Shown here piece after piece: positions 1 through 6,923 of a stretch of DNA of 8,165 nucleotides (positions within the stretch are counted from its first letter, which is position 1; each line of letters begins with the position of its first letter). A program made the position numbers and the translations under genes. This stretch comes from Octopus sinensis (Eukaryota): assembly GCF_006345805.1 (NCBI RefSeq), contig NW_021828524.1:1-8165 (forward strand), given 5' to 3'. Below the pieces are notes generated by a model, which saw only the letters and a list, made by a program, of their open reading frames with translations, searched no databases and was not told where the DNA came from.

Positions 1-137
1 TTTGCCTTTCATCCTTTCGGATCGATAAATTAAGTACCAGTTACGCACTGGGGTCAATATAATCGACTTAATCCGTTTGTCTGTACTTGTTTTTCCCCTC
101 TGTATTTAGCCACTTATGGGTAGTAAGAAATAGGTAT
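1..137 (+). mobile_element. tRNA-derived SINE family C, 3' part cut by the window edge, long-tail subfamily
   Basis: 1-134 is the reverse complement of the body of the copies at 2436-2618 and 2619-2822 (TTTGCCTTTCATCCTTTCGG..GATAAATTAAGTACCAGTTACGCACTGGGGTC..TTTAGCC..GTAAGAAATAG). Its central part also matches 6647-6720 on the same strand. Confidence 0.9.
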
Positions 138-575
138 TAGTTGCAGTTGGAGAGTAATGGATTCGATGCGCAGATAAGGGTGATATATTCTTATATTCTT
201 TTAAGCATTTCAGCCCAAAGCTCAGCCCATGATGGATCACCGCTAGTACTACCATCTTTTCAATGATCATTCTTTTGTGATTGGCTTTCTATATTGCTGC
301 CCACTTTTCAGTTTCTTGACTGACTTGACTTGATGACTTGAAAGCATTCACCCGGGGTGGGTTGAGCTGGCTTCATTCATCCTCAATACTGCATCACTCA
401 CAAACGCCGATCAGGCCTGGCGATTTGATGCTAACGACCACGTGATCTCCAACTACTCCTTATTCCAGCAGCGAAAGCCGCAGATTTGGGGGCCTAGGTT
501 GGGTTCCAAGAACTTTCAAATCTTTTGCGAATAATCCCTGCTATTTAGCTATTTCATCTGTAACTTTCGGTGTAT

Positions 576-656
576 TTACTAGAAGGAAATTGGAAGAAAC
601 CCATTGCACTAGCATGGCCGCAGTCAAAGGACCGAAACAAGTAAAATAATAAAAGA
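576..656 (+). mobile_element. Internally deleted relic or composite of SINE family A (middle segment fused to the 3' tail)
   Basis: 580-606 TAGAAGGAAATTGGAAGAAACCCATTG aligns with TAGACGGAAACTGAAAGAAGACCGTTG (reverse complement of ~2204-2230) at about 21/27. 611-646 matches the family A 3' tail (reverse complement of 678-713) at 34/36. Confidence 0.7.
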
Positions 657-665
657 ATATTATCT

Positions 666-1068
666 TTCTCTTTTCTCTTTTACTTGTTTCAGTCATTTGA
701 CTGCGGCCATGCTGGAGCACCGCCTTTAATCGAGCAACTCGACCCCCGGGACTTATTCTTTGTAAGCCCAGTACTTATTCTATCGGTCTATTTTGCCGAA
801 CCGCTAAGTGACAGGGACATACCACACCAGCATCGGTTGTCAAGCAATGCTAGGGGACAAACCAGACACACAAACATACACGCACAACACACATATATAT
901 ATATACATATATGCGAAAGGCTTGTTTCAGTTTCCGTCTACCAAATCCACTCACAAGGCTTTGGTCGGCCCGAGGCTATAGTAGAAGACACTTGCTCAAG
1001 GTGCCACGCAGTGGGACTGAACCCGGAACCATGTGGCTGGTAAACAAGCTACTTACCACACAGCCACT
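666..1068 (-). mobile_element. Full-length tRNA-derived SINE family A with CORE-like segment and internal CA/TA microsatellite
   Basis: On the minus strand: Pol III A box TGGCTGTGTGG (1056-1066), B box GGTTCAGTCCC (1013-1023), CORE-like CACCTTGAGCAAGTGTCTT, internal (CA)/(TA) repeat at ~866-912, and 3' tail CCAGCATGGCCGCAGTCAAATGACTGAAACAAGTAAAAGAG. A second copy lies at 1528-1750 plus 2205-2368. Confidence 0.92.
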
Positions 1069-1076
1069 AATATAAA

Positions 1077-1112
1077 TGTGTGTGTGTGTGTGCGTGTGTG
1101 TGTGTGTGTGTG
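1077..1112. repeat. (TG)n microsatellite
   Basis: About 18 TG units with one TG>CG change, between two SINE heads. Confidence 0.98.
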
Positions 1113-1408
1113 GAGGTGCAATGGCCCAGTGGTTAGGGCAGTGAAATCGCGGTCATAGGATCGCGGTTTCGATTCCCAGACCGAGTGTTTATTGAGCGAA
1201 AACACCTAAAGCTCCATGAGGCTCCGGCAGGGGGTAGTGGCGATCCCTGCTGTACTCTTTCGCCGCAACTTTCTCTCACTCTTTTTTCTGTTGGCCTGCT
1301 CGCTTAGCCAGCGGGGTGGCGTCATTTGAAGGCTAAGACAATGCGAAGTGCATTGTGGCCAGCGATGTGTAGCAACATCTGATAGCCTGGTCGGTCACGG
1401 TGATCACG

Positions 1409-1413
<5 letters not shown>
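1112..1413 (+). mobile_element. tRNA-derived SINE family B, apparently full length
   Basis: tRNA-like head with A box TGGCCCAGTGG (1122-1132) and B box GGTTTCGATTCC (1165-1176). It ends in a short tandem tail (CACGGTGAT)x2 at 1396-1413 that runs into (TA)n. Only one copy is in the window. Confidence 0.85.

Positions 1414-1449
<36 letters not shown>
1412..1449. repeat. (TA)n microsatellite
   Basis: Pure AT dinucleotide run of about 19 units. Confidence 0.98.
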
Positions 1450-1452
<3 letters not shown>

Positions 1453-1527
1453 GAAATTTTGGGGTACAAAACGTACTCAATAAAATCTGTCACCCATTCC
1501 ATCTATATTATTTATACTATATATATT

Positions 1528-1750
1528 ATCGTTTACATGTTTAAGCCAATAGGTTGCGGTCATGCCGAGATACGGCCTTGAAGGACTTTTTGCTGAATAA
1601 ATTGACCACAAATCCTTATTTCTTGTTAAGCCTGGAACTTATGCTAAGGTACGGTGACGTAAACAAACTAATACCGGTTATCAAGCGGTGGGAGGACACA
1701 CGCAGACAGAAACACGCACACACACACACACACACACACTAACACACATG
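1528..1750 (-). mobile_element. SINE family A, diverged 3' half, split from 2205-2368
   Basis: Colinear with 678-900: TTTACATGTTTAAGCCAATAGGTTGCGGTCATGC..CCTTGAAGG..TTGACC..AAGCCTGGAACTTAT/GCTAAG..GACGTAAAC..CCGGTTATCAAGCG..GGACA..(CA)n. It has a ~24-bp deletion at 1642/1643 relative to the 666-1068 copy. Confidence 0.85.
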
Positions 1751-1766
1751 TATATTATACGTGTAA

Positions 1767-2038
1767 GACCGGGCTCTGTGTTGTATTCTTGAGCAAGACA
1801 CTTTATTTCACGTTGCTCTAGTTCACTCAGCTGTAGAAATGAGTTGTGGCATCTCTGGCACCAAACTGTATCGGTTTTTGCCTTTCCCTTGGGCAAGATC
1901 GGTGGCGTAGAGAGGGGTGGCTGATACACATAGGTGATTGCTGGTCTGCCATAAACAACTTTTCCCGGACTTATACCTCGGAGGGTAAATTTCTAGGTGC
2001 AATCTCGTAGTGATTCATGACCGAATGGGATTTTTACC

Positions 2039-2039
<1 letters not shown>
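1767..2039 (+). mobile_element. 5'-truncated CORE-type SINE (family D), tRNA head missing
   Basis: Begins GACCGGG..TGTGTTGTATTCTTGAGCAAGACACTTTATTTCACGTTGCTCTAGTTCACTCAGCTGTAGAAATGAG, resembling the CORE-SINE central domain (established motif type CTTGRGCAAG..CTGTAAAATG). It ends at a (TCTA)n tail. No A or B box is seen. Confidence 0.75.
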
Positions 2040-2071
<32 letters not shown>

Positions 2072-2128
2072 ATATCTATCTATATATATATATATACATA
2101 TATATATCTGTGTGTGTGTGTGTGTTTG

Positions 2129-2179
<51 letters not shown>

Positions 2180-2204
2180 TGCACACACACACACACACAC
2201 ACAC
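2039..2204. repeat. Compound microsatellite (TCTA)n(TA)n(TG)n(TA)n(CA)n(TA)n(CA)n
   Basis: Read directly from the sequence. Confidence 0.97.
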
Positions 2205-2368
2205 AACGGTCTTCTTTCAGTTTCCGTCTATCAAATCAACTCACAAAGCTCTGGTCGGTCCGAGGCTATAGTAGAAGACACATGCCCCAAAAGTGCCACG
2301 CAGTGGGACTGAACGACTGAACCTCGAACCATGTGGTCGGGAAGCAAGCTTCATACTACACAGCCACT
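2205..2368 (-). mobile_element. SINE family A, 5' half with tRNA head
   Basis: Colinear with 915-1068 (TTTCAGTTTCCGTCTA..GAGGCTATAGTAGAAGACA..GTGCCACGCAGTGGGACTGAAC..GAACCATGTGG..CACAGCCACT). An 8-bp duplication GACTGAAC (2307-2314, 2315-2322) lies in the B box. Confidence 0.9.
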
Positions 2369-2435
2369 CATATACGTGCGCAAGGGCGTGTATGGATGTG
2401 TGCTTATGTTTGTGCGTGCGTGTATGTGTGTGTTT

Positions 2436-2618
2436 CTATTTCTTTACTGACCACAAGGGGCTAAACACAGAGGACAAACAAGAACAGACAAAGGGATTAA
2501 GTCGATTATATCGACTCCAGTGCGTAACTGGTACTTATTTAATCGACCCCGAAAGGATGAAAGGCAAAGTCGACCTCGGCGGAATTTGAACTCAGAACAT
2601 AAAGACAGACGAAATACC
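2436..2618 (-). mobile_element. SINE family C, downstream unit of a dimer (has B box, lacks A box)
   Basis: On the minus strand it starts GGTATTTCGTCTG, inside the tRNA head. B box GAGTTCAAATTCC is at 2581-2593, then the central GTCGACTTTGCCTTTCATCCTTTCGGGGTCGAT segment and the tail CCCCTTGTGGTCAGTAAAGAAATAG. Confidence 0.9.
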
Positions 2619-2822
2619 TATTTCTTTACTACCCACAACGGGCTAAACACAGATGGGACAAACAAAGACAGACAAACGGATTAACTGGTACTTAATTTAT
2701 CGACCCCGAAAGGATGAAAGGCAAAGTCGTACTCGGCGGAATTTGAACTCAGAACGTAACGGCAGACTAAATACGGCTACGCATTTCGCCCGGCGCGCTA
2801 ACGTTTCTGCCAGCTCGCCGCC
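2619..2822 (-). mobile_element. SINE family C, upstream unit of the dimer, with complete head
   Basis: On the minus strand it starts GGCGGCGAGCTGGCAGAAACG (A-box-like 2802-2812), with B box GAGTTCAAATTCC at 2738-2750. A 27-bp internal deletion at 2684/2685 distinguishes it from the neighbouring unit. Confidence 0.9.
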
Positions 2823-3365
2823 TATTGTTTGTATGTGTGTTTGTTTCGCTGTCCTACATGTTTCGCATAAGCTGACTTTATCTTTCAGTTTTAAACAACG
2901 ATCACTTTGTTAATGATATCTGTTGTCATTCCGTATCAACCGACCAGCGTTTTCTAAATATATTCAGCGTTATTGTTTTCACTAAATGCATATGTTGTTG
3001 TGTTATTAACACTTCTGTAATCTTTTGGGTAATCGACATAAAATTGTGATTTCAAGAAAATTATTTCGCCAATAAAGTATATAACAAAATGCGGCACATC
3101 TTAAAAGTCAAAGATATATCCGTTAATGTAAAGCACTCCTGCACGAAAGTAAAGCAAGGTGTAAAAGAATACAAGTAGAAATGTAATCACATAGTCATGA
3201 CGGATACAACATCCATTGCAAAATCAAACGGCGCAATTCGTATACTACAAGAAAGAAAGGTATCCGATTTCCTTTCTCTTCCCTCCATTACTGGCAACAA
3301 TACACGAGAGGGGGAGGAGAAAAAAGAGGGAGGAAAAGTACAAAATCCACCTCGTAGTAGCAAGA

Positions 3366-4683
3366 GTGTCAACATAAACATCTCGGAAATCGAGATGGTC
3401 GCACTGCACTAGGGAGTACGAAGCGGTGACAGGAGTAAAGATCAGCTGAGAGAAGTCGGTGGGCTTGCAGCTCGGTACCTTGAGAAGTAGGCTCATGCCA
3501 ACTGACAGCACTGGACGGAAGGACCGGTTAAAATGCTAAGGGTCTGGTTTGGCCCAGACCTCCAGGTGGCCAAGAACTGGGGGGGGGGGAGGTGACGAGC
3601 GGGGTAGTTAATCTCACCCAGAAATAGGCAGAGAGGAAGCTGTCGTTGAAGGGTGGAGGTGGCGAATGCGTACATCGCTTCTGTCATCTACTACCGCCAG
3701 ACCGTCGTCCCTTGCCCTTCTTTGTGATTGATAAAGATGGAGCGCTTGCTATTCGATTTTTCTATGGAAGGTACATGTTCCGCTCGTCAGAAGGTCTATC
3801 TGCTGTCAATAGCCGCTGGGTGGAGGATTGGTCATACGCAGACATTGGTCATACGCGACATCTCCAAGGTTTCCTTAACGGAGAGCAAATGTGATCACTG
3901 TTCTTCAAACGGGACTTTGCGCAGTTTGTCTCACTGACGGAGTTACAGTGATGGATCAAGCGTAGAGCAAGAAAGAGCGCTTGGCACCCGGAGTATCGGC
4001 AAGCGCTCACAGCCTTCTGCCAGTTGGGCAACGCGGTGACGGAAGTTCAACCATGGAGTTCTATAGAGGATTAGTGGAGGGAAAGAGCGACGGCGTACTC
4101 GGGGAAACTCTGGGCGTCGAGAGGGATCAACTAACTGGTATTTTCCGGAGGACTTTCAGTCCAGGACCTATGGATAACTTCCAGAAATTCCTTTCCTGGC
4201 AGTGCTACCTGCAGGTTCGAGACAAGCTCTACAGACACGCAAGTGCTGTCAGATGAATCTGTCCGAGGTGAATGCAAGGCGATGAAACCATCCTGCATGC
4301 ATTCGTCCAATGTTCATGCATTACTGATCTGTGGAGCTTTGTCGAACAGCTGTTGTCACGTGTAGGACAGATCCGGTTGTTAGCCGAGTCTATTGTAAGG
4401 ATCGCTCTGCCGCCTTCTTTTGGTCGGGAGGAAAAGGGCAGTTTTCCCCTGTCTGGTGGCTATGGCGAAAGAAGTAGTGTGATGGACAAGGATGGAAGGA
4501 CTGAGGACAGACACTTTCCTCTTCGGCCGAGCCCTCATTGACTTTTACAAGTTCCACTTGAAAAGGAAAGTGAGGGGAGAGAGTACTTGCCCGCCCCACT
4601 CCGCCAGTAAGTTTGTTGAAAGGTGGGGGAATGTTGCGAAAAAGATTCATGTGAATGGGCCTACTCTGAATATCCGTCTGTAA
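3366..4683 (+). pseudogene. 5'-truncated, degenerate Tx1/L1-clade LINE ORF2 (end of RT, thumb region, C-terminal CCHC / zf-RVT region)
   Basis: Hand translation across frameshifts gives YEAVTGVKIS*EKSVGLQLG (from 3417; RT end motif SG.KIN..KS), WTEGPVKMLRVWFGPDLQVAKNW (3512-3580; LGV.F..NW), ERKLSLKG/EVANAYIASVIYYR (3631-3697), LF.FLWK..VPLVRRSICC, W.CY.LQVRDKLYRH and C-P-R-*-x8-H-x4-C (4260-4313), ending NGPTLNIRL* at 4683. It has multiple stops and frameshifts. No YADD motif is present, so it is truncated just downstream of it. The 5' boundary is approximate (3366-3390). Confidence 0.9.
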
Positions 4684-4935
4684 GCTGGAGCAGCTGAGGA
4701 GAAGAGGGGTGCCTACTTGGCATGCCCTTGGCAGTTGGGGTGACCAGGATGTGTGGGGTACCCTGGTTGGCCCTACGTGGAACTCCCTACTATTGGGGAA
4801 TTTTGTTGTTTAATTTTTTGTTAACTGTTTTTGATTTTTATTGTTCACGTTTTCTGTTTTAAACGCCACTTGATTCTTGTTTTGTATTGTACCCATATGT
4901 TTTTGTGTTCGGGCCTTGCGGCCAATAAAGACTGG
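4684..4935 (+). mobile_element. 3' UTR of the Tx1/L1-like LINE, with poly(A)-type signal
   Basis: Follows the ORF2 stop: a G/C-rich segment, then a T-rich segment, then CCTTGCGGCCAATAAA (4914-4929; AATAAA 4924-4929), then (ATT)n rather than poly(A). Confidence 0.8.
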
Positions 4936-4957
4936 ATTATTATTATTATTATTGTTG

Positions 4958-4998
<41 letters not shown>

Positions 4999-5022
4999 TT
5001 ATTATTATTATTATCATCATCA

Positions 5023-5093
<71 letters not shown>

Positions 5094-5094
5094 T

Positions 5095-5166
<72 letters not shown>

Positions 5167-5174
5167 TTATTATT
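4936..5174. repeat. (ATT)n microsatellite with short GTT and ATC interruptions
   Basis: About 80 trinucleotide units, read directly. Confidence 0.98.
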
Positions 5175-5735
5175 GAGTGAGAGAGCAGTTCATGCCATCA
5201 AAGTGACACTGGGGTAAAATATACGAAGCCCAATATACCCATCATGCTACCCGTCTGATAAGGGTACACCAGGCACATGCATCACAACCATATGTGCGCG
5301 ACATGGTGATATCATATCAAGATAAACAGCGCATGACCTTGCAGGTGGGGTCCAGTTAGAATTTTCTTCAGGTTGAGTAGCCCATCCCACTCAAAAAGTC
5401 CCTGAATAAGGATTGTTTAAGGATGTTGAACGAACCACCCATGATTCCAGAGGTGAATTATCCAAACATCCAAGAATTCCTTTCAACACATGGCTATGAT
5501 GCTCCCCCACTACTTCTGCTCGAGATCAGAGATGCACATATCGTCAGCCACTAAGGGACATGCTCAACTGGTTAAGGTCAAACAACTGACAAGCAAATCT
5601 GTGATATTGAGCAGAATATTTGCTGTAGCCCATCTTTTATACCAAGACAAAACAATGTACATGATAACACTTCCAATCAGTTAAGATCAGAAGCCATGAG
5701 AGCCATGCACACGTACTGGTACTGCATCAGGGCAT
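5175..5735. mobile_element. Unclassified ~560-bp non-coding interspersed element, copy 1, embedded in (ATT)n
   Basis: Sharp boundaries GAGTGAGAGAGCAG...GCATCAGGGCAT with ATT repeats on both sides. About 95% identical to 5751-6307 by hand count (~20 substitutions, ~6 indels). No convincing ORF or Pol III boxes. Orientation is uncertain; minus is plausible, with an (AAT)n tail. Confidence 0.85.
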
Positions 5736-5750
5736 ATTATTATTATTATT

Positions 5751-6307
5751 GAGTGAGTGAGAGCAGTTCATGCCATCAAAGTGACACTGGGGTAAAATAT
5801 ACGAAGCCCAATATACCCATCATGACTACCCGTATGATAAAGGTACACCAGGCACATGCATCACAACCATATGTGCGCGACATGGTGATATCATATCAAG
5901 ATAAACAGCACATGACCTTGCAGGTGGGGCCCAGTTAGAATTTTCTTCAGGTTGAGTAGCCATCCCGCTCAAAAGGTCCCTGAATAAGGTTTGTTTAAGG
6001 ATGTTGAAAGAACCACCCATGTTTCCAGAGGTGAATTATTCAAACCCCAAAGAATCCCTCTCAACACATGGCTATGATGCTCCCCCACTACTTCTGCTCG
6101 TGATCAGAGATGCACATATCGTCAGCCACCAAGGGACATGCCTCAACTGGTTAAGGTCAACAACTGACAAGCAAATCTGTGGTATTGAGCAGAATATTTG
6201 CTGTAGCCCATCTTTTATACCAAGACAAAACAATGTACATGATAACACTTCCAATCAGTTAAGATCAGAAGCCATGAGAGCCACTGCCTGGTACTGCATC
6301 AGGGCAT
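5751..6307. mobile_element. Unclassified ~560-bp non-coding element, copy 2, direct tandem
   Basis: Same termini as copy 1, separated from it by exactly (ATT)5 at 5736-5750 and followed by a degenerate (ATT)n. Confidence 0.85.
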
Positions 6308-6547
6308 TTATTATATTATTATTATTATTATTATTATTATCATCATATTATTATTATTGCTGTTATTATATATTATTATTATATTATATTATTATTATTA
6401 TTATTATTATATCATCATTATTATTATTATTATTATATATCATTATTATTATATTATTATTCATCATCATATATTATTATTATATCATTATTATATTATT
6501 ATTATTATTATTATTATTATAGTATTATTATTATATTTTATTATTAT
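6308..6547. repeat. Degenerate (ATT)n/(ATC) microsatellite
   Basis: ATT repeats with many phase slips (ATATT) and ATC units. Confidence 0.95.
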
Positions 6548-6550
6548 ACA

Positions 6551-6776
6551 AAGCAGTGAACTTGCAGAATTGTTAGAACGCCGGACAAAATGAGGGGTGG
6601 TTCATCCGTTTTTACACTTTGAGTTCAAAATTCCGCCGAGGTCGATTTTTGCCTTTCATCCTTTCGGTCTCGATAAATCAAATACCAGTTGGAGTACTGG
6701 GAGATCGATGAAATCGACCATTCCCCTCCTCCAAATTTCAGGTCTTGTGCCTATAGTAGAAAGGATTATTATAATT
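6551..6776 (+). mobile_element. SINE family C, full length, short-tail subfamily ending in ATT repeats
   Basis: Head AAGCAGTGAACTTGCAGAATTGTTAG matches the degenerate reverse complement of 2795-2822. B box GAGTTCAAAATTCC is at 6621-6634, then central GCCTTTCATCCTTTCGG..GATAAAT..ATACCAG. The 3' end differs: CCCCTCCTCCAAATTTCAGGTCTTGTGCCTATAGTAGAAAGG-ATTATT. Confidence 0.88.
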
Positions 6777-6819
6777 CTATTTGTTACACTGTTTTTTACA
6801 CAGACCTTTTTGAAAAGGG

Positions 6820-6923
6820 ACAAAACCCTTTGTAACCTTTCGTCCTGTTTTGTCCCATCTTGTTTTTAATTAATTTTTGTCAGTCCTTGTGGCCAATAAA
6901 ACGAATTAATTATTATTATTATT
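6820..6923 (+). mobile_element. Isolated 3' tail fragment of a related Tx1/L1-like LINE
   Basis: T-rich run ending CCTTGTGGCCAATAAA (6885-6900; 15/16 identical to 4914-4929), followed by (ATT)n at ~6908-6923. The left boundary is uncertain. Confidence 0.65.

Noticed and set aside
1112-1185. SINE heads as genuine tRNA genes (also 1000-1068, 2730-2822, 6551-6640)
   Set aside because: A and B boxes are present, but I could not build a full cloverleaf with an acceptor stem, and each head continues into a SINE body.
684-2913. ORFs 684..1043, 1348..1581, 1554..1742, 1681..1929, 2010..2312, 2017..2271, 2114..2320, 2293..2589, 2653..2913
   Set aside because: They lie within SINEs and dinucleotide repeats (YIYI and THTH runs), so they are chance open frames.
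2872-3034. Possible small exon: CTGAC plus pyrimidine tract plus AG at 2887-2888, GT at 3029, one open frame
   Set aside because: The branch point is unusually close to the AG, the donor is mediocre and the peptide is unrecognisable. It cannot be supported without RNA-seq.
3068-3077. GCCAATAAAG, identical to 4921-4930, after a T-rich stretch
   Set aside because: It is only 10 bp in AT-rich DNA, with no upstream CCTTG and no ATT tail. It could be a very old LINE tail but is unsupported, and it is not positioned as a TSD.
4831-5217. Poly-Ile/Leu/Asn/Tyr ORFs (4831..5217, 4845..5108, 4877..5074; also 6001..6522 and 6357..6593)
   Set aside because: They are translations of (ATT)n microsatellite and flanking repeats, with no evidence of real coding.
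6085-6130. Hammerhead-like CTGACGA on the minus strand of the 560-bp element
   Set aside because: The downstream motif is GAAG rather than GAAA, stem II does not close properly, and there is no NUH triplet in register with stem I.
5175-6307. The direct repeats as LTRs or a CRISPR-like array
   Set aside because: There is no internal region between them, only (ATT)5. They lack TG..CA termini, a PBS or PPT, and any spacer architecture.
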